Shown: positions 38,458 to 46,927 of the stretch, in pieces
Numbering within the stretch: position 1 is the stretch's first letter
Layout: every line of letters begins with the position of its first letter
IMG/VR virus record: IMGVR_UViG_3300032241_001451
DNA: 64,000 nucleotides
Strand: one strand, 5' to 3'
Source of the DNA: an uncultured virus (IMG/VR IMGVR_UViG_3300032241_001451)
Taxonomy: Duplodnaviria; Heunggongvirae; Uroviricota; Caudoviricetes
Program-made: the position numbers and the translations under genes
Notes under the pieces: generated by a model
The model's database searches: none
The model's input: the letters and a program-made list of their open reading frames with translations, nothing else
What the model was told of the DNA's origin: nothing

Positions 38458-39026
38458 TGGCAACAAAACGTCCAAGAAAAGCAACTCGTACTGGTAAGAA
38501 GTTAGATAAAGAAACTGGCAAAATTGCTGTTCCCCTTGTTAAACATGGTGAGGGTGGAAAGATAGTTGCAACTACACCAGAAGAACGCTCTGCAGCGGTT
38601 CGTACAGAATTGCCTCCAGCCAAATTAGAATCAATTGGTGCAATAACTCCAAAGCCTAGAAATGCAGAAAGAGGAATGGGTGTTGCCCCAGTTAAAAAAG
38701 GATTTGCTGCTGGATATCCAAAAGTTAAAACAGCCGTAGATGCAGCGATGCATCATCTGACTGGGTTGATGAGTGCTGCTCCTGGTTCTGAAGAACACAC
38801 CACACACAGAGGGGCGTTTGAAGGAATTCACGAAAATATTCGCGCCATGTCTCCAGAGTTACATGCCACGTTGGGACAGGCATACCACCAAGTTTTGCAT
38901 CCAACCCCTCAGTTACAGCAACATTTAGCAGGAATTCACAAGGCGATACAGGCTAGACTTGCTATTGGTAAAGCGGCCCATGAAGACCGTCTTGCTAGAG
39001 CACAACAAGGACAAGGTGGACAATAA
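38457..39026 (+). CDS. Hypothetical protein, basic N-terminus and His-rich C-terminus
   Basis: TAATG overlaps at both ends. Confidence 0.65.
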   Translation: MATKRPRKATRTGKKLDKETGKIAVPLVKHGEGGKIVATTPEERSAAVRTELPPAKLESIGAITPKPRNAERGMGVAPVKKGFAAGYPKVKTAVDAAMHHLTGLMSAAPGSEEHTTHRGAFEGIHENIRAMSPELHATLGQAYHQVLHPTPQLQQHLAGIHKAIQARLAIGKAAHEDRLARAQQGQGGQ

Positions 39027-39232
39027 TGGCAGTTAACTCATCCCGTTCAATGAACGCATCGTTAGCCGAGGGTGCAACAGACGGCAAGTATCGTAAGGTA
39101 CGCCCAAATACAGAAGTTATTCCTGGTCAAGGAAATGAAGAGACCATGGCTAATCGTCAATCACTTAACCCATTTTGGGGTTATGGTTTTATTACTTCTG
39201 AATATCCAAACAAAGTTAATCCAGGTAAGTAA
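39026..39232 (+). CDS. Small hypothetical protein
   Basis: Coupled ORF. Confidence 0.6.
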   Translation: MAVNSSRSMNASLAEGATDGKYRKVRPNTEVIPGQGNEETMANRQSLNPFWGYGFITSEYPNKVNPGK

Positions 39233-39234
39233 TC

Positions 39235-39453
39235 ATGGCAACAATGGTCCCAGACCGCGGACCTAAACGCACTAAGTACTACGTCACTAATGGTGGAGTA
39301 GGTACAGACAATACTCGTATTTTTCGTCATGATTTAGGAAGTAATCAAGGACGCGCAGCAATGCGCCGTGCAGTACGTACTCATCGTGATATAACAGGCA
39401 AAGCATCTTGGGCTGAAAACGAACAAGGAAAGAAGATAAACCCTTATGGCTAA
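39235..39453 (+). CDS. Small basic hypothetical protein
   Basis: Coupled ORF. Confidence 0.55.
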   Translation: MATMVPDRGPKRTKYYVTNGGVGTDNTRIFRHDLGSNQGRAAMRRAVRTHRDITGKASWAENEQGKKINPYG

Positions 39454-39826
39454 AAGAGTCTCTAATCGTAATGCTGGTCCACTTATTGCAGCACGTGAAC
39501 CGTTTGAAGGTTCAAACATGCGTGGAGCAAAAGGCGCACCTTCACAACATGGGTGGTTAAGTCGTACACAGTTCAGTGACCAACTTGCGCATGTTGCAAA
39601 TGATACTGATTATCACGTAATGTCTTACGGTACCCCTATTGCAGTTCATCATTCAGGTGGTTGGATTTATCCAGATGTTTCTCATAGTTCCTCAACAGGA
39701 AAACATCAGTCCGTAGTTCGTGGGGCTATTGGCGTAAAGAGTGCTCGCGATAAGAAGATGGAAGAGCGTGCAGCAAAGCGCAAGGCAAAGGCTGATACTA
39801 CTGAATCGGATTTGTGGAACTCATAA
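39446..39826 (+). CDS. Hypothetical protein
   Basis: V.SY.TPIA...S.ST.KHQ motif seen in small phage proteins. Confidence 0.65.
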   Translation: MAKRVSNRNAGPLIAAREPFEGSNMRGAKGAPSQHGWLSRTQFSDQLAHVANDTDYHVMSYGTPIAVHHSGGWIYPDVSHSSSTGKHQSVVRGAIGVKSARDKKMEERAAKRKAKADTTESDLWNS

Positions 39827-39861
39827 TCTGTTAAGATAATCGGACTACTACAAGGAGCACA

Positions 39862-40413
39862 ATGAGTAACGTACCTATTTTGGGCGAAAAAAAGCCAGCA
39901 GCCAATGAACCTATGTTTAGATTGTTGTTCTGTTTTGTCTGCCAAACACTAGAAGAATTACCACCATACGATGGTGACCCAGAGTTAGACCATCTACTTA
40001 CTATTGCGTGTGAACCACATGTCTTCCCTTCAGGTGAGCCACACAAGGGTAAGTTATTTGTTTTGCCATTAAAAGCATGGGCAAAAACTGAATCTAAAAA
40101 AGAAATTATTCGCCAGATTAAAGGCGGAGGTTCTATGGGTCTTGCAGAAATTGATGATAGTTTCTATGACTCTCGTTCCACCTTTATGGAAGGTGCCATG
40201 GAGTGTTATGGGCGCCATAATAAACCTAAAGATGGCTGTGCTGATTGGCATAGCAAAGAGAAGATGCTTGTTCCTAAAACTGTTAAAGAGCGTAAAGCCG
40301 AAGGATTGGGACGTTATCAAGATGAGGCAGGTCCAAAGACCTACTTATGTGATTTTTGCCCTGTAGCAATTGGCGTAGCACAACGTAAACAAAAGTTACT
40401 AGGTTTAGCATGA
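39862..40413 (+). CDS. Cys/His-rich hypothetical protein
   Basis: CFVC, C...H....C, LCDFCP; AAGGAG RBS. Confidence 0.7.
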   Translation: MSNVPILGEKKPAANEPMFRLLFCFVCQTLEELPPYDGDPELDHLLTIACEPHVFPSGEPHKGKLFVLPLKAWAKTESKKEIIRQIKGGGSMGLAEIDDSFYDSRSTFMEGAMECYGRHNKPKDGCADWHSKEKMLVPKTVKERKAEGLGRYQDEAGPKTYLCDFCPVAIGVAQRKQKLLGLA

Positions 40414-40700
40414 GTGACTCTAAAGACGTTTTATTTGCCTACAGTATTGGTGTTCATAAAGACGGCACCATTACTACACATTTCATTCCAGCAGCGGAAG
40501 ATATTGAGCGAACTGCAAACCGCTATGACGTTTATGTAACCAGCAAAGAACTGATTGCTGACATTGAGAATCAATTGTTGGCTGACCGAGTAGCCCGTGC
40601 TGTAGCGGCTCAATTAGCCCCTAAAGATGAAGGCAAAGAACTTAGAGAAGGTTTAATAAATGCACTACGAGATAGAGGCATAGACCCCCTACAATCGTAA
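40410..40700 (+). CDS. Hypothetical protein
   Basis: ATGA overlap. Confidence 0.65.
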   Translation: MSDSKDVLFAYSIGVHKDGTITTHFIPAAEDIERTANRYDVYVTSKELIADIENQLLADRVARAVAAQLAPKDEGKELREGLINALRDRGIDPLQS

Positions 40701-40719
40701 ATCCCTCTAAACTAATACT

Positions 40720-41652
40720 ATGTTTAGGTCATTAGGAAGCACGGCTCAGCCGATTGCGCTACAGGGTTCCCCTACCTCCTATTTTTCTGCCCCTGAACAA
40801 GAGTTAGACCCAAGCCTATTTGAAGGAACAACCATTAAAGGTTGGGTGCGTAATGGATTGCTACATCTTCTTTTTGGTTTTTTAAACGAAGTTTATCGCC
40901 ACCCTGATTTGTGGTGCCACGTATGGATTGCTGGTTCAGGAGTCTCATACCAATGGTCAGCAGCACGTCAACCAGGTGACTTGGATGTCCTTATCGGTGT
41001 TAACTATATTCAATTTAGAAAAGCACATCCAGAATATGCTGGGTTATCGGATGTTGAGATTAGCAAAATGCTAAATGAAGATTTTCGTGAGTACCTACAG
41101 CCAGAAACAGAAGACTGGAACGGATATGAAGTTACCTTTTATGTCAATCCAGGTGCAACAGACATCCGTACTATCAACCCATATGCTGCATATGATTTAA
41201 CTCACAATGAGTGGACAGTGTTTCCTGCTAAAGAAGGTGCACCTCACAACCCTGTTTGGGAAGAGTTGGCAAAGCGTGATTTTAAGATGGCAGATGACAT
41301 TGTTACTCGTTACACGGATGCACTTACTAAATTTCAACACTCCACTAACGATGCCGCACGTCGTAACGCAGAATTTAAATTGCAATCTGCCTTAATGCAA
41401 GCATCAGCCTTATTTGATGATATTCACCACACACGTAGGTACGCATTTAGCCAAGGTGGTAAGGGCTATAGCGACTACTATAACTACCGTTGGCAAGCAG
41501 GGAAAAAGTATGGAACTGTCCCAACCTTGCGAAAGATGTCTGAGTTCTGGTCAGCATACAAAGCACAAGAAGCAGATGAGACCTATGGCGTTGAACTGCC
41601 AGATACTCAGACCCTAATTAGGAGAGCGGCTACATACCGAGCAAAAGGATAA
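40720..41652 (+). CDS. Pol-beta-superfamily nucleotidyltransferase-like protein
   Basis: hAGS-x12-GDLDVL signature and a third acidic strand YEVTFY. Confidence 0.75.
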   Translation: MFRSLGSTAQPIALQGSPTSYFSAPEQELDPSLFEGTTIKGWVRNGLLHLLFGFLNEVYRHPDLWCHVWIAGSGVSYQWSAARQPGDLDVLIGVNYIQFRKAHPEYAGLSDVEISKMLNEDFREYLQPETEDWNGYEVTFYVNPGATDIRTINPYAAYDLTHNEWTVFPAKEGAPHNPVWEELAKRDFKMADDIVTRYTDALTKFQHSTNDAARRNAEFKLQSALMQASALFDDIHHTRRYAFSQGGKGYSDYYNYRWQAGKKYGTVPTLRKMSEFWSAYKAQEADETYGVELPDTQTLIRRAATYRAKG

Positions 41653-41655
41653 ACT

Positions 41656-42147
41656 ATCAACATACTTCTATCACTAGACGGCGTACTAAGTTCGGAACAA
41701 GGAGAACCAATCCGAGCAGGAGTCGTTCTCTACTATGCACTTAATAACGGTCACAGAGTAGCCCTTATGACTAGCCGTAATAAGGCTGATGCTGAACACT
41801 GGTTGGCTTCTCACGGCATTGTGGGGTATGACGATTTAGTAGATATATCCTTTCATTTAGAAGGCGAAGACTTAAAGAAGCGTCAGTTTGTTACCTCTCG
41901 TTCTCGTGCCCCAATCGAAATGTACGTTGATGCTGACCCATCCATGTGTGCATGGGTATTTGAAGAGCAACAGGTACCTGTTCTTTTATTTAGCAATCCT
42001 CTTCACGCAAAAATAGAGAACCGCCCAGATGCTCCAAGTAAGGTTCGCAAATGGAGCGATATTGAAGAGGCTATTAACCGAGTCAATATTGCCAAAACCC
42101 GTGAGTACACCAAAAATACTCCAGAGATAGGCGAGTGGAGTGACTAG
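41656..42147 (+). CDS. HAD-fold protein with degenerate motif I, apparent ATC start
   Basis: Frame opens at ATC 41656 giving (I/M)NILLSLDGVL; LMTSR, WL..HG, YVDAD motifs. Confidence 0.65.
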   Translation: MNILLSLDGVLSSEQGEPIRAGVVLYYALNNGHRVALMTSRNKADAEHWLASHGIVGYDDLVDISFHLEGEDLKKRQFVTSRSRAPIEMYVDADPSMCAWVFEEQQVPVLLFSNPLHAKIENRPDAPSKVRKWSDIEEAINRVNIAKTREYTKNTPEIGEWSD

Positions 42148-43645
42148 GCTCATATTCTCAGGAGCAGAAGTTGGAAGTAACCGTACTCTTTTAGAAGGTA
42201 TGAAAGTTGATACGATGGGACTCAACTTTTATGCGTTAAAGAAGAGAGGTTTGCCAAAGACAAAAACTTGGCTCATCTCAGAACACTTCACTGAAGATAC
42301 CCAGGTCATCATTGAGTCTGGAGTACAGCAGGCAGAGCGGGATGGTTTGTCTAAAGAAGAGTTAATTTCTTTAGCAGCCGATTATCAAGAGTTTTTGGTT
42401 GATAACGCTGACCGAGCCGCAGCATTTATAGAGTTTGATTCTAAGGTTCTAGGGCTGGAGTGGGTAGAAAATCAGCGCCCTTTTTTTAGTAAAGACCCTA
42501 AACTCTGGGTAGTCTGGCATGAGGAATACCGTATGCCCTACCTCAAAACTCTCTCAGAGGCTTACCAGAACGTCGCTATACCCAACGGTGAGATAGAGGC
42601 TGTAACGAGCCTAGCAGCCGTTACAAGGGTATATGAGAGGGAGTATGGGACTAGGTTTCATGCCCTTGGATGTGCCAAGCCAGACAACCTGAGACAGGTA
42701 CCATTTGCAACAGCAAGCACATTGTCATGGCTGTCTCCCATGAGAAGAGGAGAAACAATCGTTTGGGATGGGCAGAGGATTTCTCGTTACCCCAAGAAGA
42801 TGAAGACCCAAGCAAGACCTCGTTACAAGTCCATCGTAGAGAAGGCTGGACTGAACTATTCTGACTTTGTGCAAGATAGTACCCTCGAAGCGACTAGAGT
42901 AGCCATCTGGTCATATAAGCAATTGGAGTTATCCATGGATAAAAAAAGCCCTAACTTTCACATTATTGAGGGTGGAAAAGAAGATAAGTTATCTGATAAC
43001 AGCGATGAATTGATGACGGGTCTCGGAGGATTTGAGTTCGCCACGTCTGATAACAGTGAGGTCGAGACACGGAAAAAATCTGCCCCTGAGATAGTACAAA
43101 GAGACCCAGATGAGGTTCAAAATCTCCCTATCTTCGGTTACAAGATGAAAACAATTGTCGATACTGATGAGAACGGGCGAGATGTTCTAAAAGATGTTCC
43201 AGTTGTCCACAGCCAGCAAAGTTCTTTACGCCAATGCGATACTTGCTTTGTTGCAGCCAATTGTCCAGCCTTCAAACCGCAGAATACTTGCGCCTTTAAC
43301 TTGCCAGTTGAAGTAAAGACTAAAGAACAACTTAAGGCTTTGATGGTTGCAATGATTGAAATGCAAGGTCAAAGAGTTGCTTTTATGCGTTTTGCTGAAG
43401 AAATGAACGGCGGATACGCAGACCCCAATGTTTCTCAAGAAGTTGACAGACTAATAAAGATGGTTAAAGAAATTAACGACATGAACTCTGATAAAGAGTT
43501 TATTCAGATTACAGCACAGCGTCAATCTTCTGGTGGAGTCCTATCTGCCATCTTTGGAGACCGCGCCCAAGCACTTAAAGACCTTCCAGAAACTCTCAAA
43601 GAAGAATCAGTTACTAAAATTATTCAATCTTCTATAGAAGATTAG
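42140..43645 (+). CDS. TGT/queuine tRNA-ribosyltransferase-like domain fused to a Cys-rich helical C-terminal domain
   Basis: IESG, VWH, FHALG...PF..AST.SW resemble phage TGT-like proteins; CDTC-x5-C-x8-C. Confidence 0.5.
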   Translation: MTRLIFSGAEVGSNRTLLEGMKVDTMGLNFYALKKRGLPKTKTWLISEHFTEDTQVIIESGVQQAERDGLSKEELISLAADYQEFLVDNADRAAAFIEFDSKVLGLEWVENQRPFFSKDPKLWVVWHEEYRMPYLKTLSEAYQNVAIPNGEIEAVTSLAAVTRVYEREYGTRFHALGCAKPDNLRQVPFATASTLSWLSPMRRGETIVWDGQRISRYPKKMKTQARPRYKSIVEKAGLNYSDFVQDSTLEATRVAIWSYKQLELSMDKKSPNFHIIEGGKEDKLSDNSDELMTGLGGFEFATSDNSEVETRKKSAPEIVQRDPDEVQNLPIFGYKMKTIVDTDENGRDVLKDVPVVHSQQSSLRQCDTCFVAANCPAFKPQNTCAFNLPVEVKTKEQLKALMVAMIEMQGQRVAFMRFAEEMNGGYADPNVSQEVDRLIKMVKEINDMNSDKEFIQITAQRQSSGGVLSAIFGDRAQALKDLPETLKEESVTKIIQSSIED

Positions 43646-43659
43646 TTATCTGATAACAG
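42979..43659. repeat. 24 bp direct repeat (1 mismatch) with palindrome GTTATC-T-GATAAC, plus a partial third copy
   Basis: Copies at 42979-43002 and 43636-43659; TCTGATAACAGT at 43046-43057. Confidence 0.85.
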
Positions 43660-43806
43660 TCCTTCTTTAGGGTTGAAACCTATGTTACCCCTTCTGGGCC
43701 CCTGGAGTGGTATCACTGTTAACAAGTGCATGATAGGTTCGGGCACTGCATAATACTCACACCCCATTATGGGGTATTTTACTTTTAATAGAAATGGTGG
43801 TCAGAA

Positions 43807-45822
43807 ATGGGATTGTTCTCCTTTGAATTAGCAACAGAGTTCACTGATAGTTACAAGGAAAAGAAAGCCCCATTTGGTTACCAAGATGCGGCTGGAAACT
43901 CTGTAGGAGAGATTACATTTTTGCGTACCTATTCTCGGTTGAAGGAAGATGGTACGAAGGAAACTTGGGCAGAGGTATGCGAGCGAGTCATCAATGGCAT
44001 GTACTCATTACAGAAAGACCATGCAAAACTTAATCGCCTTCCTTGGTCAGATGCCAAGGCAGCAGCCTCAGCAAAAGAAGCCTATGACCGTCTCTTTAAT
44101 TTGAAATGGACACCACCTGGACGTGGTCTATGGGTTATGGGTACACCACTCGTTAATGAACAACGTAACTCTGCAGCGTTGCAGAACTGCGCATTTGTTT
44201 CAACAGGCTCCATGGTCAAGACAGACCCAGCCAAGCCATTTGCCTTTCTTATGGAAGCATCAATGCTTGGAGTGGGTGTTGGCTTTGATGATAAAGGAGC
44301 AGATAAGGACTTTAATATTTATGAACCACAAGAAGGTGACACCTATGTCATCCCAGACACTCGTGAAGGTTGGGTTGAATCAACAGCCTCCCTCATCAAT
44401 TCCTACCTTAAGCCAGATACGAAGAAGCCAGTCTTTGACTATTCGCAAATCCGTCCAGCAGGTACTCCAATTAAAACCTTTGGAGGTACTGCGGCAGGAC
44501 ACGAACCGCTAGAGAAACTACATAAGTTCATCAACGAGATGTTCTGCTGTCGTGCAGGTCAGAAACTAACTCGTCGTGATATTGCTGATATAGGAAATGT
44601 CATTGGTGTCTGCGTTGTATCAGGCAATGTACGCCGTTCAGCAGAGTTGCTCATGGGTCGTTTAGATGATGAAAACTTCTTGAATCTAAAGAACTATGAA
44701 GTAAACCCTGACCGCATGGCTTATGGATGGATGTCTAATAACTCTGTTGAAGTATCCGTAGGACAAGACCTATCTCCAATCATTAATGGAATTAGTCTTA
44801 ATGGTGAGCCAGGAGTTATTTGGATGGATGTATCTCGTAAATATGGTCGATTGGCTGACCCTGAGAATAACAAGGATTGGCGCATTGCTGGATACAACCC
44901 TTGTGCTGAACAGTCACTTGAATCTTATGAGTGCTGTACATTGGTTGAAACGTATTTGAATCGCCACGACAATTTAGAAGACTTCAAAAGAACATTGAAG
45001 TTTGCTTACCTCTATGCAAAGACTGTTACTTTGTTACCTACACACTGGCAAGAGACCAATGCAATTATGCAACGTAACCGCCGTATTGGTACTTCTATTT
45101 CAGGTGTTGCTAACTTTGCTGATAACAATGGTTGGTCTGAACTTCGTACTTGGATGGATGAAGGGTACAAAGTTATTAAGCATTACGATATTAATTATTC
45201 AGAGTGGCTTGGTATTCGTGAATCAATTAAGACTACAACTGTAAAGCCATCAGGAACAGTTTCTATCCTTGCTGGTGAAAGTCCAGGAGTGCATTGGGCA
45301 TCAGGTGGAAAGCACTTCCTTCGCGCTATTCGCTTTGCAAACTCTGACCCTATGTTGCCACTATTTAAAATGGCGCAATATCAAGTGGAGCCAGCAAGTG
45401 AATCTCCTGATACCACAAGTGTTGTTTTCTTTCCTGTAAAGACCAATGCTAAGAGAGCAGAGAAAGACGTTTCTATCTATGAGAAGGTAGCACTTGCTTC
45501 TGCTGCACAAAGATACTGGTCAGATAACTCTGTATCAGTAACAGTTACCTTCGATGCTGAGAAGGAAGCAGAATCTATTGGGTCAGTACTGCACATGTAT
45601 GACGGTCAGTTAAAGACCATTAGTTTCTTGCCTATGGGAAATACAGTGTATCCTCAAATGCCATACACCCAGATTACTGAGCAAGAGTATGAGGACTACA
45701 CAATGAAGTTGTTTCCGATTGACTTCAAGGGAGTTTATGCTGGTATGGCTGCTGATGCTGTTGGTGAGGCTTATTGCACTACAGATGCTTGTGAAGTGAA
45801 GTTAATTAAAGATAATCAGTAA
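43807..45822 (+). CDS. nrdJ: Class II (adenosylcobalamin-dependent) ribonucleotide reductase, monomeric RTPR type
   Basis: RTYSR, PPGRGLW, NC, G.GVGFD, GNVRRSA, NPCAEQ, VKPSGT, C-terminal CTTDAC; no beta subunit. Confidence 0.95.
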   Translation: MGLFSFELATEFTDSYKEKKAPFGYQDAAGNSVGEITFLRTYSRLKEDGTKETWAEVCERVINGMYSLQKDHAKLNRLPWSDAKAAASAKEAYDRLFNLKWTPPGRGLWVMGTPLVNEQRNSAALQNCAFVSTGSMVKTDPAKPFAFLMEASMLGVGVGFDDKGADKDFNIYEPQEGDTYVIPDTREGWVESTASLINSYLKPDTKKPVFDYSQIRPAGTPIKTFGGTAAGHEPLEKLHKFINEMFCCRAGQKLTRRDIADIGNVIGVCVVSGNVRRSAELLMGRLDDENFLNLKNYEVNPDRMAYGWMSNNSVEVSVGQDLSPIINGISLNGEPGVIWMDVSRKYGRLADPENNKDWRIAGYNPCAEQSLESYECCTLVETYLNRHDNLEDFKRTLKFAYLYAKTVTLLPTHWQETNAIMQRNRRIGTSISGVANFADNNGWSELRTWMDEGYKVIKHYDINYSEWLGIRESIKTTTVKPSGTVSILAGESPGVHWASGGKHFLRAIRFANSDPMLPLFKMAQYQVEPASESPDTTSVVFFPVKTNAKRAEKDVSIYEKVALASAAQRYWSDNSVSVTVTFDAEKEAESIGSVLHMYDGQLKTISFLPMGNTVYPQMPYTQITEQEYEDYTMKLFPIDFKGVYAGMAADAVGEAYCTTDACEVKLIKDNQ

Positions 45823-46182
45823 TTAGTTACTGCGTGCTGCAGCAGAACGAAGGCGCTTCTTTTCTAGTTGCGCCTTCTGATTGGCTTTTGACCTATCTTT
45901 AGATGCTTTTGCATTGGCTTCTACTTGGGCTTGTTGCTTTGATAAGTTCTTATTAAATGGTCGAGAAGTATCTCTAATAACAGTAACGATGCCCTTTGGT
46001 TCAGGAGTTGTAACTACTTTTATAACGTGGTCTACGTTTTCAGGGTCACGTGCTTCATGGAGAAGATTGCCATTTGATTGCTTTGTAATAACTCCATTTT
46101 TAATAGTATGAAGAGCAAGAGGATAAGAAACGTTACGTTCGAAAGAACGGTCTCCAGCGTGTCCTGATGCAGGTAATGTCAT
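45823..46182 (-). CDS. Hypothetical protein, possible DUF4258/RelE-like RNase fold
   Basis: SGHA..R..ER.V N-terminus and IVTV strand. Confidence 0.45.
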   Translation of the reverse strand: MTLPASGHAGDRSFERNVSYPLALHTIKNGVITKQSNGNLLHEARDPENVDHVIKVVTTPEPKGIVTVIRDTSRPFNKNLSKQQAQVEANAKASKDRSKANQKAQLEKKRLRSAAARSN

Positions 46183-46196
46183 AGGTATAAGGGTAC

Positions 46197-46234
46197 AAAA
46201 AAAGCCCCACTAGCACTTGGCTAATGAGGCTTTT
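46197..46234 (-). terminator. Intrinsic terminator after the transglycosylase gene
   Basis: Minus strand AAAAGCCTCATTAGC-caagt-GCTAGTGGGGCTTTTTTT. Confidence 0.8.
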
Positions 46235-46244
46235 GCTATTGCTT

Positions 46245-46925
46245 TTACTTATTAAGTGGTGCGATTTTTACGAATCCAGTCTTCTTTCGGTTCATCGAAC
46301 CTGGCTTCTTAAAGCCTGAACCTTTCGGCATACCCGCAATTCTTGCTTCTAATGCGGCTTTGATTTTCATTTGGTTCTTGTGTGCTCCCACTATCTTCTT
46401 CTCCTTTTTGTATTGCTTTGACTTGTAAGGATACTTCTTTAGCCATTGTTGTACAACTGCTGTATGAGTTCCTTTCCAAGGACTCCAGTTCTTACCATAA
46501 CTGCTCATCTCGTAAGCAACTGTGGCATTAACTACAGGATTAAGCAACTGTTTGTTGTTTGTTAGGTGATACAAGGCTCTACGAGTAGTTCCTAGGTTTC
46601 CAATCATGTTGATTTGGAATAGTCCATAGGACTTATCTCCTGTCCTTCGGTTGCCATTGAAATCAAGAGGGCGACCTTGTGACTCTTTCTTCGCTATAGC
46701 CCATGCTTCAGGTAAGGCTTTGCCTTTGAACCCGATTGCTTTAAGAAGAACTACTAGGTCTTTATCCGTTAAGGATTTTGCCCCTTCGAACTTCTGTAGA
46801 ACTAATGCGTTTGCTTTTTCGGGGGCTATTGCTGGTTCGGCTATTCCTACTCCTAGTGCTATTGCTAGAACTGGGCTTGTTAATAGGCTGGTTAGCACAA
46901 CCTTCCCGCGTGTTGTTAGTTTCAT
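46245..46925 (-). CDS. Secreted or membrane-anchored lytic transglycosylase (lysozyme-like)
   Basis: Signal-like N-terminus; AIA..ES, SYGLFQIN, L.NP..N, WSPW. Confidence 0.88.
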   Translation of the reverse strand: MKLTTRGKVVLTSLLTSPVLAIALGVGIAEPAIAPEKANALVLQKFEGAKSLTDKDLVVLLKAIGFKGKALPEAWAIAKKESQGRPLDFNGNRRTGDKSYGLFQINMIGNLGTTRRALYHLTNNKQLLNPVVNATVAYEMSSYGKNWSPWKGTHTAVVQQWLKKYPYKSKQYKKEKKIVGAHKNQMKIKAALEARIAGMPKGSGFKKPGSMNRKKTGFVKIAPLNK

Positions 46926-46927
46926 AA

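Noticed and set aside
43660..43806. Cobalamin riboswitch or NrdR box before nrdJ
   Set aside because: No B12-box core recognised; the palindrome ACCCCA-TTA-TGGGGT is one base short of a 16 bp NrdR box and single
28632..45822. Introns or inteins in polA, recA or nrdJ
   Set aside because: The ORFs are continuous and of normal length, with no intein splice motifs seen
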